NCBI GenBank assembly: GCA_014323765.1
Contig: JACONM010000034.1
Coordinates: 25,076-89,075 of the forward strand
Origin: Cellvibrionales bacterium
GTDB lineage: Bacteria > Pseudomonadota > Gammaproteobacteria > Pseudomonadales > GM7GCV1
Direction: 5' to 3'
DNA length: 64,000 nucleotides
Shown: one piece after another, positions 21,003 to 30,519 of the stretch
Numbering within the stretch: the first letter of the stretch is position 1
Layout of the letters: each line of letters begins with the position of its first letter
Program-made: the position numbers and the translations under genes
The notes under the pieces: generated by a model
What the model saw: only the letters and a program-made list of their open reading frames with translations
Database searches by the model: none
Told to the model about the DNA's origin: nothing

Positions 21003-23340
21003 CTAGAATTTATAACCTACTCGCAGGCCATACATTCTCGGCTTGCCCCAGGAGACCTGAATAATGTCACTGCCACCGACAATGGTGTGCTGCAAGACCT
21101 CTTCTTCCGTGACATTTTCGATATATGCCTGCGCCTCCCATTGCTCACTAACCGATCTCCAATAGAGCCGCAGATCGGTTTTGGCGTAGGCATCCTGCTC
21201 GGCTAGATCAAACTGTTGCAAACCAGTTGTCCAGTGCGACCCCGAATAAGCGACCTGCACATGGGGAGTAAAAACACCCATCCCCGTAACCATGTCGTAG
21301 CTGACGCTGAGATTACCGGAGACCGAGGGTGCCCAGGGAGTATCCAGGCCGGATAAGTCATAGAAACCTACAGGGCCTGTGCCTCCCAGCTGAAAGCGGT
21401 TTGAAGCACCGAACTCATCGTACTTGGAATCCTGCAACGCTAGATTGGCCACCACAGTCACGCCCTCACCTAACAGAGCTTTCAAGTCCACTTCCAGCCC
21501 ATTGGCATTAATGGAGCCCCCATTGGTTTTAACGGTGAGGGAATTCTCGTCCAGAATGCCTGCCAGCATGTCTTCAAACTCGTTGCGATAGGCTGAGAAA
21601 TTCAATTCGAGGCGGTCATCCAGCAGGCGGTTCTTCAAGCCGATTTCATAAGCCGTTACTTCCTGCTGGTCAAAGCTGGATCCATCGGGATTAAAGCTAC
21701 CCGCTAGGAATCCGGTGGACACGCTGGCATAAAACAGGCTGTCTTCTAAAACATCCATCTCAAAACCCAACTCCCAAGTGGTTTGGCTCCATGAATCACT
21801 GGCCGCCGCCGTGGTTCCTGTCTGCCTGGTCTCGCCCAGCACACCGGTGCTTCGCAACGTTCTACCGCCGAGATAATCCACTTCGTCCTCACTCCAGCGA
21901 ATACCCGCCAGAATTCTCGCTCGGTCCGAGACGCTAAAAGTACCGTGAGCGAAGATGCCGAAGGTACGATTTTCTAAGTCCGAGGGATTGCCGGCGAACT
22001 GGCCGGGGCACACAGCATTAGGATTATTGGGATCTGCTACCGCCGCCACCGCTTTAACCCCAAACGCACCGCCGCAATTATCTGGATCAGCAGCACCATC
22101 CACCGTCGCCGAAGCAAACCCCAACCAGTTGCGATAAAACGCCTGCGTAAAATCTTCCGCCGCGTAATAAAGGCCAGTCACCCAATCGACATTCCCCGCA
22201 TTGCCGCTGACCTGAAATTCTTGGCTCAAAGAATCCATATCGTCTAGGCGACTCTCCTCCAGCAGACGGCCCTCGCTGTAGTCGCCATCCACATTGGCCA
22301 AATTGTAATAATCGGTAAAAGAAGTCAGCGATTTGACCTGCACCTCGCCAAGATTCCAGTCCAGTTCCAAAGCCACTGTCTCTTCGGTCACATCGCGAAT
22401 AAACGGACTGTCTCGATACACTTGCCAAGGGCCGGGATCGGCACGAGTGCCCAGCGAGCCACCGCGTGAGTTCACCGGGTCGTGAATACCATTGGCGTGA
22501 GTCATACGGTCTTGGATGGGCATTACATTGGAATCGGGGTCGCGCAATGTGCCCCTAGATTGGTAGCCATACGCACCTAGGGCACTGCCACCGGAATCGT
22601 AATTGAAGTAAGAGAGTAGAGCCGTCAGATTATCGGAGACATTCCACAGAGCCGATACCCGGAAGGTCGTATCGTCCACCTCGCCTAGATCATTGCTGGC
22701 CCCCAGATTTTCGATCCAGCCATCGGTTTCATGCCAAGACCCGGCAAACCGAATAGCAAAATCTTCCGACAAGGCAAAATTGGCAATAGCCTCGGCCTTT
22801 TGAGTGCTGAAATCGCCAAATCCCAAGCGGATCCGGTAGTCGTTCTCTGCCGTATCGGGCCGATTGGCTTTGATAAGGACGGCACCGCCGAGGGTGTTAC
22901 GGCCAAATAGCGTACCCTGAGGCCCTTTGAGCACCTCCACCGAGGCGACATCCAGAAAGGCATTGCCCGCTTGCGCCGAGCGCACCCGGTACAGGCCATC
23001 TACAAACACCCCGACCGGCACGGGTTCCGCCCGGTCGGTGTTTTCAGCGTTGGCACCGCGCAAGGTCAGCTTAAAGTCATTGCCCCGCTGCGCAAAGGCA
23101 AGTCCCGGCGTCACCAGTTCCAGCCTAGAGACATCCTGAATCCCAGCCCGGTCCAGAGCGGTAGCATTGAAGACATTGACGGTCTTGCCCACATCCTGCG
23201 CCACCCGCTCCGTACGGGTGGCCGTGACAATGACCTCTTCAAGCACACTGACCTGTGCGGCCACATCGAGGGAAAGCAGGCAGAGCGAAGCTGCTACCCC
23301 CCCCCCCACTGATTACAAAAGACATCAATTTTTTAAACAT
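21003..23340 (-). CDS. TonB-dependent receptor; as sequenced, the signal-peptide start is out of frame with the barrel at a G11 tract
   Basis: The barrel ORF is 21003-23309 (EEVIVTATR plug, VEVLKGPQGTLFGRN, C-terminal YKF). An ATG at 23340 encodes MFKKLMSFVISGGG and would be in frame if the tract were G10. Confidence 0.85.
23297..23307 (-). repeat. 11-nt poly-G (poly-C on the plus strand) at the 5' end of the receptor gene
   Basis: I counted it directly: cccc at 23297-23300 plus ccccccc at 23301-23307. Confidence 0.95.
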
Positions 23341-23543
23341 GATCCTGCTTCCGGGTTAGTTTGTGCCCATAACCTTATCCATCGATAAGACAAAGTCAAT
23401 AAAAAAGCACAAGTTTTTTCAGCCTAGAGAATTTCGACCGTGGTACCCAGCAACCCCGCCATCCACGCTCCCCGATCAAATCATTGAATCCGATACAATC
23501 TTTCCGTTCTTTTGCTTTGAGATGGAGCCGTGCGAGCCGTACT

Positions 23544-24296
23544 TCATCCACCCGGGTCGGCGGGCGCAACCAACTCCCCATACGCCCCCCGCGACCATTC
23601 TTCCACCTGCCGGTTTAGTTCATCAGCCTGCAACCCCTGCGGGTCGATGGGTTTGCCGATGTGCAGGCGGATGGTGCCGGGGCGGAATTCGGATTTGCGC
23701 CAGCATTCGCCGGAGTTTTGCACCATCGGCAACAGGGGTGCGCCGCTTTGCACCGCCAGCTGAAACGCGGCGCGGGCGTATTTGCGCAACGCCCCCGGTG
23801 CCACCCGCGTGCCCTCAGGGAAAATCAGCACATTGCTGCCCGCCTGCAAACGCGCGGCTCCCTTGCTGAGCACGGCATGCATAGCCACCCGCGGCGCACT
23901 GCGGTCGATGCCGATGGCGTGGGTCAGCCGCTGCCCCCAGCCGTAGACCGGAATGCGCAGCAGGGATTCTTTCATGACGATGGAAGCCGGGCACAGCAAC
24001 CGCGCCAGATACAGGGTCTCCCATTCCGACTGGTGATTGCACACGGCAATGCAGGGGCCGGTGGGCAGGTTCTCGCGCCCGGTAACCTCAACGCGAATGC
24101 CCGCCGCCCACCGCAACCCGGGGCCGCTCATCAGGGCCGGCCACAGGGTGGCAATGCGCATGCGGAGGCGATAGGGCAGCAGGGCACCGATGGTCAGCAG
24201 AAACAGCCCGGTCAGCACCATGGTGGCAAAATAGAGACCGAAATAGCCCCAGCGGCGCACCCGGTTAAGCGTTGGGCGGTCGATTTTCTCAGTCAC
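23544..24296 (-). CDS. plsC: 1-acyl-sn-glycerol-3-phosphate acyltransferase
   Basis: It has the catalytic NHQSEWE (HX4D-type) motif and FPEGTR, and overlaps the glyS stop. Confidence 0.88.
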   Translation of the reverse strand: MTEKIDRPTLNRVRRWGYFGLYFATMVLTGLFLLTIGALLPYRLRMRIATLWPALMSGPGLRWAAGIRVEVTGRENLPTGPCIAVCNHQSEWETLYLARLLCPASIVMKESLLRIPVYGWGQRLTHAIGIDRSAPRVAMHAVLSKGAARLQAGSNVLIFPEGTRVAPGALRKYARAAFQLAVQSGAPLLPMVQNSGECWRKSEFRPGTIRLHIGKPIDPQGLQADELNRQVEEWSRGAYGELVAPADPGG

Positions 24297-26394
24297 TGTC
24301 CGCCGCCGGGGCCAGCGCAGAAATATCGGCCACGCTCAAAAACAAGCCACGCAATTCCCGCAGCAGACCAAGGCGATTGGCCCGCACTTTTTTATCCTCA
24401 ACATTGACCATAACATGGGCAAAAAAAGCATCGATCGGCGCATGCAGCCCCAGCAATAATTTCAGAGCCGCCGCATGCTGGCCCGCTTGCAACAGCGGGG
24501 CTAGGGCCTCCGCCATCTGCGTCACCGCCGCCCACAGTTGCCGCTCCTCGTCCGCCACGAACAACGCCGGGTCCACCGCCTGCGGCTCGGCACCAGCGGA
24601 TTTTTCCAAGATGTTGGCCACCCGCTTATTCAGTTGCGCCAAGGCTTTAGCCTCGGCACTGGCGGCAAATTCCGCGACCGCTAAAGTGCGGGCGTGAATC
24701 TCCGCTGGGTCGTCCAGCCCCAGAGCGCGCACCGCCAGAAAGGCTTCCGCCGCCACCCCACGCTCGGCAAACCAAGCGGCAAAGCGTTCCAAAATATAAT
24801 CGAGCAGCCGCTCTGTCAGCGCAGCGGCAGGCTCCGTCAACCCGCTGTGCAATGCGCTGGCGCGCTCGATCAGATCGCGCAAACTCAGCGCATGCCCGCC
24901 CTCCACCAGCAGGCGCAAAACGCTCAAGCTGGCGCGGCGCAGGGCGAAGGGGTCGCGTGAGCCGGATGGCGGCTGGCCGATGCCGAATAATCCGGTCAGG
25001 CTATCGAGCCGGTCAGCCAAGGCCAAGGCGGTGCCGACCGCCGTTTGCGGCAAGCGGTCGCCGGCAAAGCGCGGCAAATAATGCTCGCCAATGGCCTCCG
25101 CAACCGCCGCCGCCTCGCCGCTCGCCAGCGCATAATGGCGGCCCATCACCCCCTGCAACTGCGCAAATTCCAGCACCATTTGCGACACCAGATCGCATTT
25201 GCAAAGGCCCCCAGCACGGGCAGCCACTTCGGGATCGGCCCCCACCAGCGGGGCGATCTGCGCCGCCAACGCCGCCACCCGCTCGCTTTTGGCATAGACT
25301 GAACCGAGCGATTCCTGAAAAATGACCGCCTTGAGCCGCTCGCGAAAATCCGCAAACGCCGTCTTTTTATCCGCCTCATAGAAAAACGCCGCATCCGCCA
25401 AACGCGAGCGCATCACCCGCTCATTACCACCCACCACCCGCTGCGGCTGGCGCGATTCGATATTGGCGACGCCGATAAACCCCGGCAGCAACGCGCCCTT
25501 GTCGTCCACTGCATGAAAGCACTTCTGATGTTCGCGCATGGCGCAGATCAACGCCTCCGCCGGCACGCTCAGAAAACGCCGATCGAACCGCCCGGCCAGA
25601 GCCACCGGCCACTCGACCAGCGCAGCCACTTCATCCAGCAACTCGGCATCGATGACCGCCCGCCCGCCGAGCTCAGTCTGCGCCAAATCCTCCACCGCCC
25701 GCCGAATCTGCTCGCGCCGCCGCGCCAAATCGGGCTCCACCTTGCCCGCCGAGCGCAGCAACGCCGGGTAACCGGCGGCAGCCGGCACGGCAATCTCGCC
25801 AGGGGCATGAAAGCGATGCCCGCGACTCACCCGCCCGATCGGCACCCCAAAAACCTCCCCAGCAACGGGCTGGCTACCAAATAATATCAACGCCCAATGA
25901 ATGGGGCGCACAAATTCAGCCCGCCCCGCCCCCCAGCGCATGCGTTTAGCGATCGGCAACGATTCCAGCGCACTCTGGACAATCGCCGGCAACAAGGCGG
26001 CGGTGGCTCCCCCCGGGATGCGCCGGAGGTAAGCGAGTCGTGCGCCCTTGGAAGAATTGCCGGGATCATCGATCTGTTGAAGATCAGTCACCGCCACCCC
26101 GACCTTGCGGGCAAACCCCTGCGCCGCGGCGGTAGGGTTCCCCGCCGCATCAAACGCCACCGCCACGCTGGGGCCAAGCAGCCGCTCATCGCGGTCCGGC
26201 TGCTGAGCGGCGACATCGCGAATCAGCAACGCCAAGCGCCGCGGGCCGGCCAGCCGACCGCGGGATTGGCCGCAGGCAATGCGCTGGCGTTCCAGCCCGG
26301 CGCAGACCGCAGTCTCAAAGGCCGCCCGCAACGGCTCCAAGGATTTCGACGGCAATTCCTCAGTGCCGATTTCCACCAGCAGGTCGGCGCGCAT
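24289..26394 (-). CDS. glyS: glycine--tRNA ligase beta subunit
   Basis: It is 701 aa, begins [15 protein letters not shown], and lies immediately downstream of glyQ with a 1-nt overlap. Confidence 0.95.
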   Translation of the reverse strand: MRADLLVEIGTEELPSKSLEPLRAAFETAVCAGLERQRIACGQSRGRLAGPRRLALLIRDVAAQQPDRDERLLGPSVAVAFDAAGNPTAAAQGFARKVGVAVTDLQQIDDPGNSSKGARLAYLRRIPGGATAALLPAIVQSALESLPIAKRMRWGAGRAEFVRPIHWALILFGSQPVAGEVFGVPIGRVSRGHRFHAPGEIAVPAAAGYPALLRSAGKVEPDLARRREQIRRAVEDLAQTELGGRAVIDAELLDEVAALVEWPVALAGRFDRRFLSVPAEALICAMREHQKCFHAVDDKGALLPGFIGVANIESRQPQRVVGGNERVMRSRLADAAFFYEADKKTAFADFRERLKAVIFQESLGSVYAKSERVAALAAQIAPLVGADPEVAARAGGLCKCDLVSQMVLEFAQLQGVMGRHYALASGEAAAVAEAIGEHYLPRFAGDRLPQTAVGTALALADRLDSLTGLFGIGQPPSGSRDPFALRRASLSVLRLLVEGGHALSLRDLIERASALHSGLTEPAAALTERLLDYILERFAAWFAERGVAAEAFLAVRALGLDDPAEIHARTLAVAEFAASAEAKALAQLNKRVANILEKSAGAEPQAVDPALFVADEERQLWAAVTQMAEALAPLLQAGQHAAALKLLLGLHAPIDAFFAHVMVNVEDKKVRANRLGLLRELRGLFLSVADISALAPAADSD

Positions 26395-27320
26395 CAGCCC
26401 GCCCCGCCCGACTCATTGGCACCCCGCGCCAACGGAAAGCCCAGTGCCTGGCGCGATTCAAAATACGCCTGCGCCACCCGCCGCGCCAGCCGCCGCACCC
26501 GCAAAATAAAACGCTGCCGCTCGGTGGCCGCGACAGCATGCCGCGCATCCAGCAGATTAAAAGCATGCGATGCCTGCATCACCCGCTCATAGGCCGGCAG
26601 CGGCAAATTGCCATCCAACAGCCGCATGCAATCGGCTTCATGGGCGGCAAAAGCGGCGAACAAAAACTCGGTGTTAGCCTCGGCAAAATTGTAAGCGGAC
26701 ATTTCCACCTCATTTTGTTTGAACAGGTCGCCGTAGGTCAACGCACCGCCCGCCGGATGTTGCGTCCAGAGCAGGTCATAGACGCTGTCGACCCCCTGCA
26801 AATACATGCCGATGCGCTCCAGCCCATAGGTGATCTCGCCGCTGACCGGAAAACACTCCAGCCCGCCAACCTGCTGAAAATAAGTGAACTGCGTCACCTC
26901 CATGCCGTTCAACCACACCTCCCAACCCAGCCCCCAAGCCCCCAGAGTGGGCGATTCCCAATCGTCCTCCACAAAGCGAATATCATCGGTCAGCGGGTCA
27001 ATGCCCAAACTCCGCAACGAGTCCAAATAGAGATCCTGAATATCCTCCGGCGACGGCTTCAGAATCACCTGAAACTGATAGTACTGTTGCAAGCGGTTCG
27101 GGTTGTCGCCGTAACGCCCATCGGTGGGGCGGCGGCACGGCTGGACATAGGCCGCATTCCACGGCTCCGGGCCGATGGCACGCAAAAAAGTGGCCGGGTG
27201 AAAGGTGCCCGCCCCCACTTCCATATCGAGCGGCTGCAAAACGGCACAACCCCGCTCGCTCCAATAGAGTTGCAACGCCGCGATCAGGTCTTGAAAGCTA
27301 GGACCAGCGATGGCGTTCAC
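26394..27320 (-). CDS. glyQ: glycine--tRNA ligase alpha subunit
   Basis: The translation [46 protein letters not shown] is a highly conserved GlyQ sequence. Confidence 0.96.
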   Translation of the reverse strand: MNAIAGPSFQDLIAALQLYWSERGCAVLQPLDMEVGAGTFHPATFLRAIGPEPWNAAYVQPCRRPTDGRYGDNPNRLQQYYQFQVILKPSPEDIQDLYLDSLRSLGIDPLTDDIRFVEDDWESPTLGAWGLGWEVWLNGMEVTQFTYFQQVGGLECFPVSGEITYGLERIGMYLQGVDSVYDLLWTQHPAGGALTYGDLFKQNEVEMSAYNFAEANTEFLFAAFAAHEADCMRLLDGNLPLPAYERVMQASHAFNLLDARHAVAATERQRFILRVRRLARRVAQAYFESRQALGFPLARGANESGGAG

Positions 27321-27500
27321 CCGCTACGCTGAATGGCTAAGGGCGGCAATTATAGAGCCATTCTCCGCCCGCACCGCCCATAAATCCGCCCGCCCACCCC
27401 ACATGGCGCAAAACCAAAAAATAAGCAATAATGCCCGCATCATACCCCGCCCCTTTCCACACAGTGGCAAGCCAGCAGCCGCAACAAACGAGGAACCCCC

Positions 27501-28745
27501 GTGTCACTGAGAAAGAAAACCGTCCCGCCAAAAGACCAGCAGATCGCCAACCACACCATCTTCACCGGCGACAATCTAGACATCATGCGCGGCATGAATT
27601 CCGCCAGCATCGACCTGATCTACCTCGACCCCCCATTCAATTCCAACCGCCACTATTCCGCCCCCATCGGCTCCAAAGCAGCCGGGGCCGAATTCAAAGA
27701 TGCCTGGACTTTCGAAGACACCAAAGACGCATGGTGGGGCCTAATCGCCGACCACCACCCAGCCCTCTTCAAGGTCATCGACGCGGCAGGTGACATCGGC
27801 AACACCGGCGACAAAGCCTATCTAATCTACATGGCCATGCGCCTGATTGAGATACACCGCATCCTAAAACCCACCGGCTCCCTCTACCTACACTGCGACC
27901 CGACCATGAGCCATAGCTTAAAGATGGCTATGGATGCGATTTTTGGTCACGCAAATTTTATCAACGAAGTGATTTGGCATTATCAGACCGGCGGCGCGAG
28001 CCGCAATCATTATTCTAAAAAACATGACGTAATTCTTTTTTACCGGGCTTCCCGCACCTACACGTTTAACGCAAAAGATGTAAGAGTGCCCCGCACCGAT
28101 GAAGTTTTACGCAGATTAGCATCCGGAAGTGATGCCGCTACACGCGCAACCGATGCAACCAAATTAGCAATGGATGTATGGGCCGACATTCAGGCTCTAA
28201 ATGCTATGGCGACAGAAAGGGTTGGCTATCCAACTCAAAAACCGCTTGACCTATTAAGACGCATCATCGCCGCTTCCAGCAACGAAGGCGACATAGTACT
28301 CGACCCATTTTGCGGCTGCGCCACGGCCCCTTTAGCGGCGGAAGATCTAGGCCGCCAATGGATCGGCATCGATATTGCCCCCCTAGCCGCAAAACTAGTC
28401 GTCCAACGCATGCGCGACGAACTCAACCTATTCGGCGATATAATACACCGCCAAGATATCCCCATCCGCACCGAAGACCTGAAACCACCGAGCGAAAACA
28501 TCACCCACATCCTGTTCGGCCTACAAGAAGGCAAATGCAACGGTTGCGGCATCAGCTTCCCCTTCCAAAACTTCACCCGCGACCACATAATCCCCCGCTC
28601 AAAAGGCGGCCCCGACACAGACAAAAACCTACAGCTACTCTGCGGTCGCTGCAATTCCATAAAAGGCAACCGCGACATGCCCTACCTAAAAGCCCGTCTA
28701 ATCGAGGATAGGATTATTGACAGGCCGAGGAGGGATGATGGATAA
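27501..28745 (+). CDS. N6/N4 DNA methyltransferase (beta-class, DPPF) fused to a C-terminal HNH endonuclease domain
   Basis: It has DLIYLDPPFNSNR (motif IV) near the N-terminus and YPTQKPLDLLRRII...VLDPFCGCATA (motif I). The C-terminus reads CNGC...DHIIPRSKGG...NLQLLCGRCNSIKGNR (CxxC-HNH-CxxC). It starts with GTG. Confidence 0.88.
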   Translation: MSLRKKTVPPKDQQIANHTIFTGDNLDIMRGMNSASIDLIYLDPPFNSNRHYSAPIGSKAAGAEFKDAWTFEDTKDAWWGLIADHHPALFKVIDAAGDIGNTGDKAYLIYMAMRLIEIHRILKPTGSLYLHCDPTMSHSLKMAMDAIFGHANFINEVIWHYQTGGASRNHYSKKHDVILFYRASRTYTFNAKDVRVPRTDEVLRRLASGSDAATRATDATKLAMDVWADIQALNAMATERVGYPTQKPLDLLRRIIAASSNEGDIVLDPFCGCATAPLAAEDLGRQWIGIDIAPLAAKLVVQRMRDELNLFGDIIHRQDIPIRTEDLKPPSENITHILFGLQEGKCNGCGISFPFQNFTRDHIIPRSKGGPDTDKNLQLLCGRCNSIKGNRDMPYLKARLIEDRIIDRPRRDDG

Positions 28746-28899
28746 GATTCTCTACGACAAGGCTTGCACAATTTTAGACAGAACCCTTGACAGCCTGTCA
28801 CCAGCCCTCTACTATCATCCACAGCGGTTGGAATTGCCGCAACAGTGCGTACAGGAACGAACCGTTTTGCTATGGTTCGTCAAGCCTGTGCGGTATTGA
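28735..28899 (+). CDS. small hypothetical protein (about 54 aa)
   Basis: The ATGATG start overlaps the MTase stop (GATGATGGATAA). I recognise no family, and coding is uncertain. Confidence 0.3.
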   Translation: MMDKILYDKACTILDRTLDSLSPALYYHPQRLELPQQCVQERTVLLWFVKPVRY

Positions 28900-28926
28900 A
28901 ATCGACTAGAGTGATGGGAGGGCATC

Positions 28927-29349
28927 ATGGCAGAGAAAGTGACACTTCGTTTGCGTTTGGAGGATGCCGAGTTTGAGGCAACTGGCTCTGAAACTTTTGT
29001 CCATTCTGTGTGGAAGGAATTTTTCTCCAAGTTTGGGGGATCGGGTGTCTCTTCAGGCAAGCCTTCGATCAGCCCACCGAAAAGTAGCATGTCTAAATCT
29101 GCTAAGAAGCCAGCACCCAAAGCCAAGGCCCGGAACTCAAAGAAAACGCCAGCATATCACAAGAATGACGAATTCGCTAACGGAGAGATGGGAGCAAAAT
29201 TCATAAGCGAATGGGAAAAAATTAACCAAAAACCTAAAGGCGCAGTAAAAACAAATATTGTTTTTATGTATTTACTAAAAGAAAAGCTGCAATATTCACC
29301 AGTTGATTCAAATCTTCTTTACACTTGCTATAAAGTGCTTAGCCTATAA
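28927..29349 (+). CDS. hypothetical protein with a K/S/P-rich linker; the frame stays open to 29484 past an in-frame TAA
   Basis: A GGGAGGG RBS lies 5 nt upstream of the ATG. A ~40 aa N-terminal domain is followed by a basic low-complexity linker (SKSAKKPAPKAKARNSKK) and a C-terminal domain. I see no family match by eye. Confidence 0.55.
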   Translation: MAEKVTLRLRLEDAEFEATGSETFVHSVWKEFFSKFGGSGVSSGKPSISPPKSSMSKSAKKPAPKAKARNSKKTPAYHKNDEFANGEMGAKFISEWEKINQKPKGAVKTNIVFMYLLKEKLQYSPVDSNLLYTCYKVLSL

Positions 29350-29485
29350 ATCCCCAATATTCCAACAAGCGTAAGGAATGCGATGGGCAAATACACAGCT
29401 ATCGATTTTAACGATTGGAGCGACTTGAAGCTCACTGTAAAGGGAGAAAACATGGCGCGAGAATTGATAGAGGCTAGCGACTAAT

Positions 29486-30223
29486 ATGTCGAATGACTTA
29501 GCTCGATTCGTATCTTCTCTTCAGTTCATTTCGTTAAAAACAATGGACAAAGTGGAAGCATTGCTCTGGTGGCATGGGGTCAATAAAACAAACGGTAATG
29601 GCCGAGTTAAGTTTAGCCAAATTAAACAGGAAATTGAAAACGCCAATCATGGCGAACTTCCAAGGAATGCAGCTTCTCTCATAATCAGGAAAAACGGTGT
29701 GGTAAAAGACAAGAATTCTGGCTGCTATTACCTTAGAACTAGTCGGGTTAATGAGTTATCGGAAGCTTATAGCGAATTTTTAGCCCCTACACCAAGAACT
29801 TCATCCAGTCTTCTTTTAGAAGAAGACTTTAAGGATACGCGGAGATATGTTGAAGCCGTCATCCGTCAAATAAATGTCAGCTATGATGAAAAATTATATG
29901 ATTGTTGCGCGATCATGATACGCCGATTGATTGAAACTCTTATAATTGAGTTATTTGAACGCAAAAAAGTCGCCAATGAGATAAAATTTGACGGTGGGAA
30001 TTACAAGATGCTAAAAGAAATATTGAATACTCTTAATGCGAGCCAATCAGTCAGCATTTCCCGGAAATCTCAAAATATCCCAAAATTGGAAAAATTTAAA
30101 GAGAATATAGCAGATAAATCAGCGCACAACAGAACTTTCAATGCCAAAAAATCTGACATTGACAATGTATGGGAAGATTTAAGGGCAATTATCCTGGATT
30201 TAAAAGCTCAGGCTTTCGATTAG
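29486..30223 (+). CDS. hypothetical protein; C-terminal half resembles a DUF4145-type helical module
   Basis: The ATG lies 1 nt after the preceding frame's stop, in an AT-rich stretch. The pattern CCAIMIRRLIETLIIELFE ... LEKFKENIADKSAHN ... WEDLRAIILDL is DUF4145-like. This is recognition by eye only. Confidence 0.55.
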   Translation: MSNDLARFVSSLQFISLKTMDKVEALLWWHGVNKTNGNGRVKFSQIKQEIENANHGELPRNAASLIIRKNGVVKDKNSGCYYLRTSRVNELSEAYSEFLAPTPRTSSSLLLEEDFKDTRRYVEAVIRQINVSYDEKLYDCCAIMIRRLIETLIIELFERKKVANEIKFDGGNYKMLKEILNTLNASQSVSISRKSQNIPKLEKFKENIADKSAHNRTFNAKKSDIDNVWEDLRAIILDLKAQAFD

Positions 30224-30394
30224 ATCTTTCTACCGCTCTCCAATCTCAATCAGTCCGCTTCACTCTCCCTCGCTCCTTTAAGTAGAAACATGTTAGATTA
30301 AAATTTCTAAACTAGGGTCGCACCCCCACTTAGCCATGTAAAGCCTCCTCGTTACCCTATTTCAGGGGCGATACAAAATTTTAGAAAAATTCTC

Positions 30395-30472
30395 TTGACA
30401 CTAGACATAGCAAGGTCTTACAGTAGGCAGTCTAGTAAAAGGAGGCGGTCCGGGTGCTTTGTCTAGTATAAT
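30395..30472 (+). promoter_or_regulatory. candidate promoter(s) and repeated GTCTAGT motif upstream of the Dam-type MTase
   Basis: TTGACA (30395-30400) is followed 18 nt later by TACAGT. ACTAGAC (30400-30406) is the inverted form of GTCTAGT, which occurs at 30430-30436 and 30461-30467. TATAAT lies at 30467-30472. Confidence 0.4.
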
Positions 30473-30519
30473 GGCAGGCAAACGAATCACTTATCAGAAA
30501 CTGATTGTGAGACGAAGTT

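Noticed and set aside
23374-23389. Palindrome CTTATC-CATC-GATAAG about 35-50 nt upstream of the receptor ATG, considered as a Fur box
   Set aside because: It does not match the GATAATGATAATCATTATC consensus well. It may be an operator for some other regulator, but nothing in the sequence supports a specific call.
23661-27332. Long plus-strand ORFs (23661-24407, 25897-26592, 26538-27332 and others) overlapping plsC, glyS and glyQ
   Set aside because: These are antisense or off-frame shadows typical of GC-rich DNA. Their products are Arg/Pro/Gly/Ala-rich with no motifs, while the minus-strand genes have unmistakable conserved sequences.
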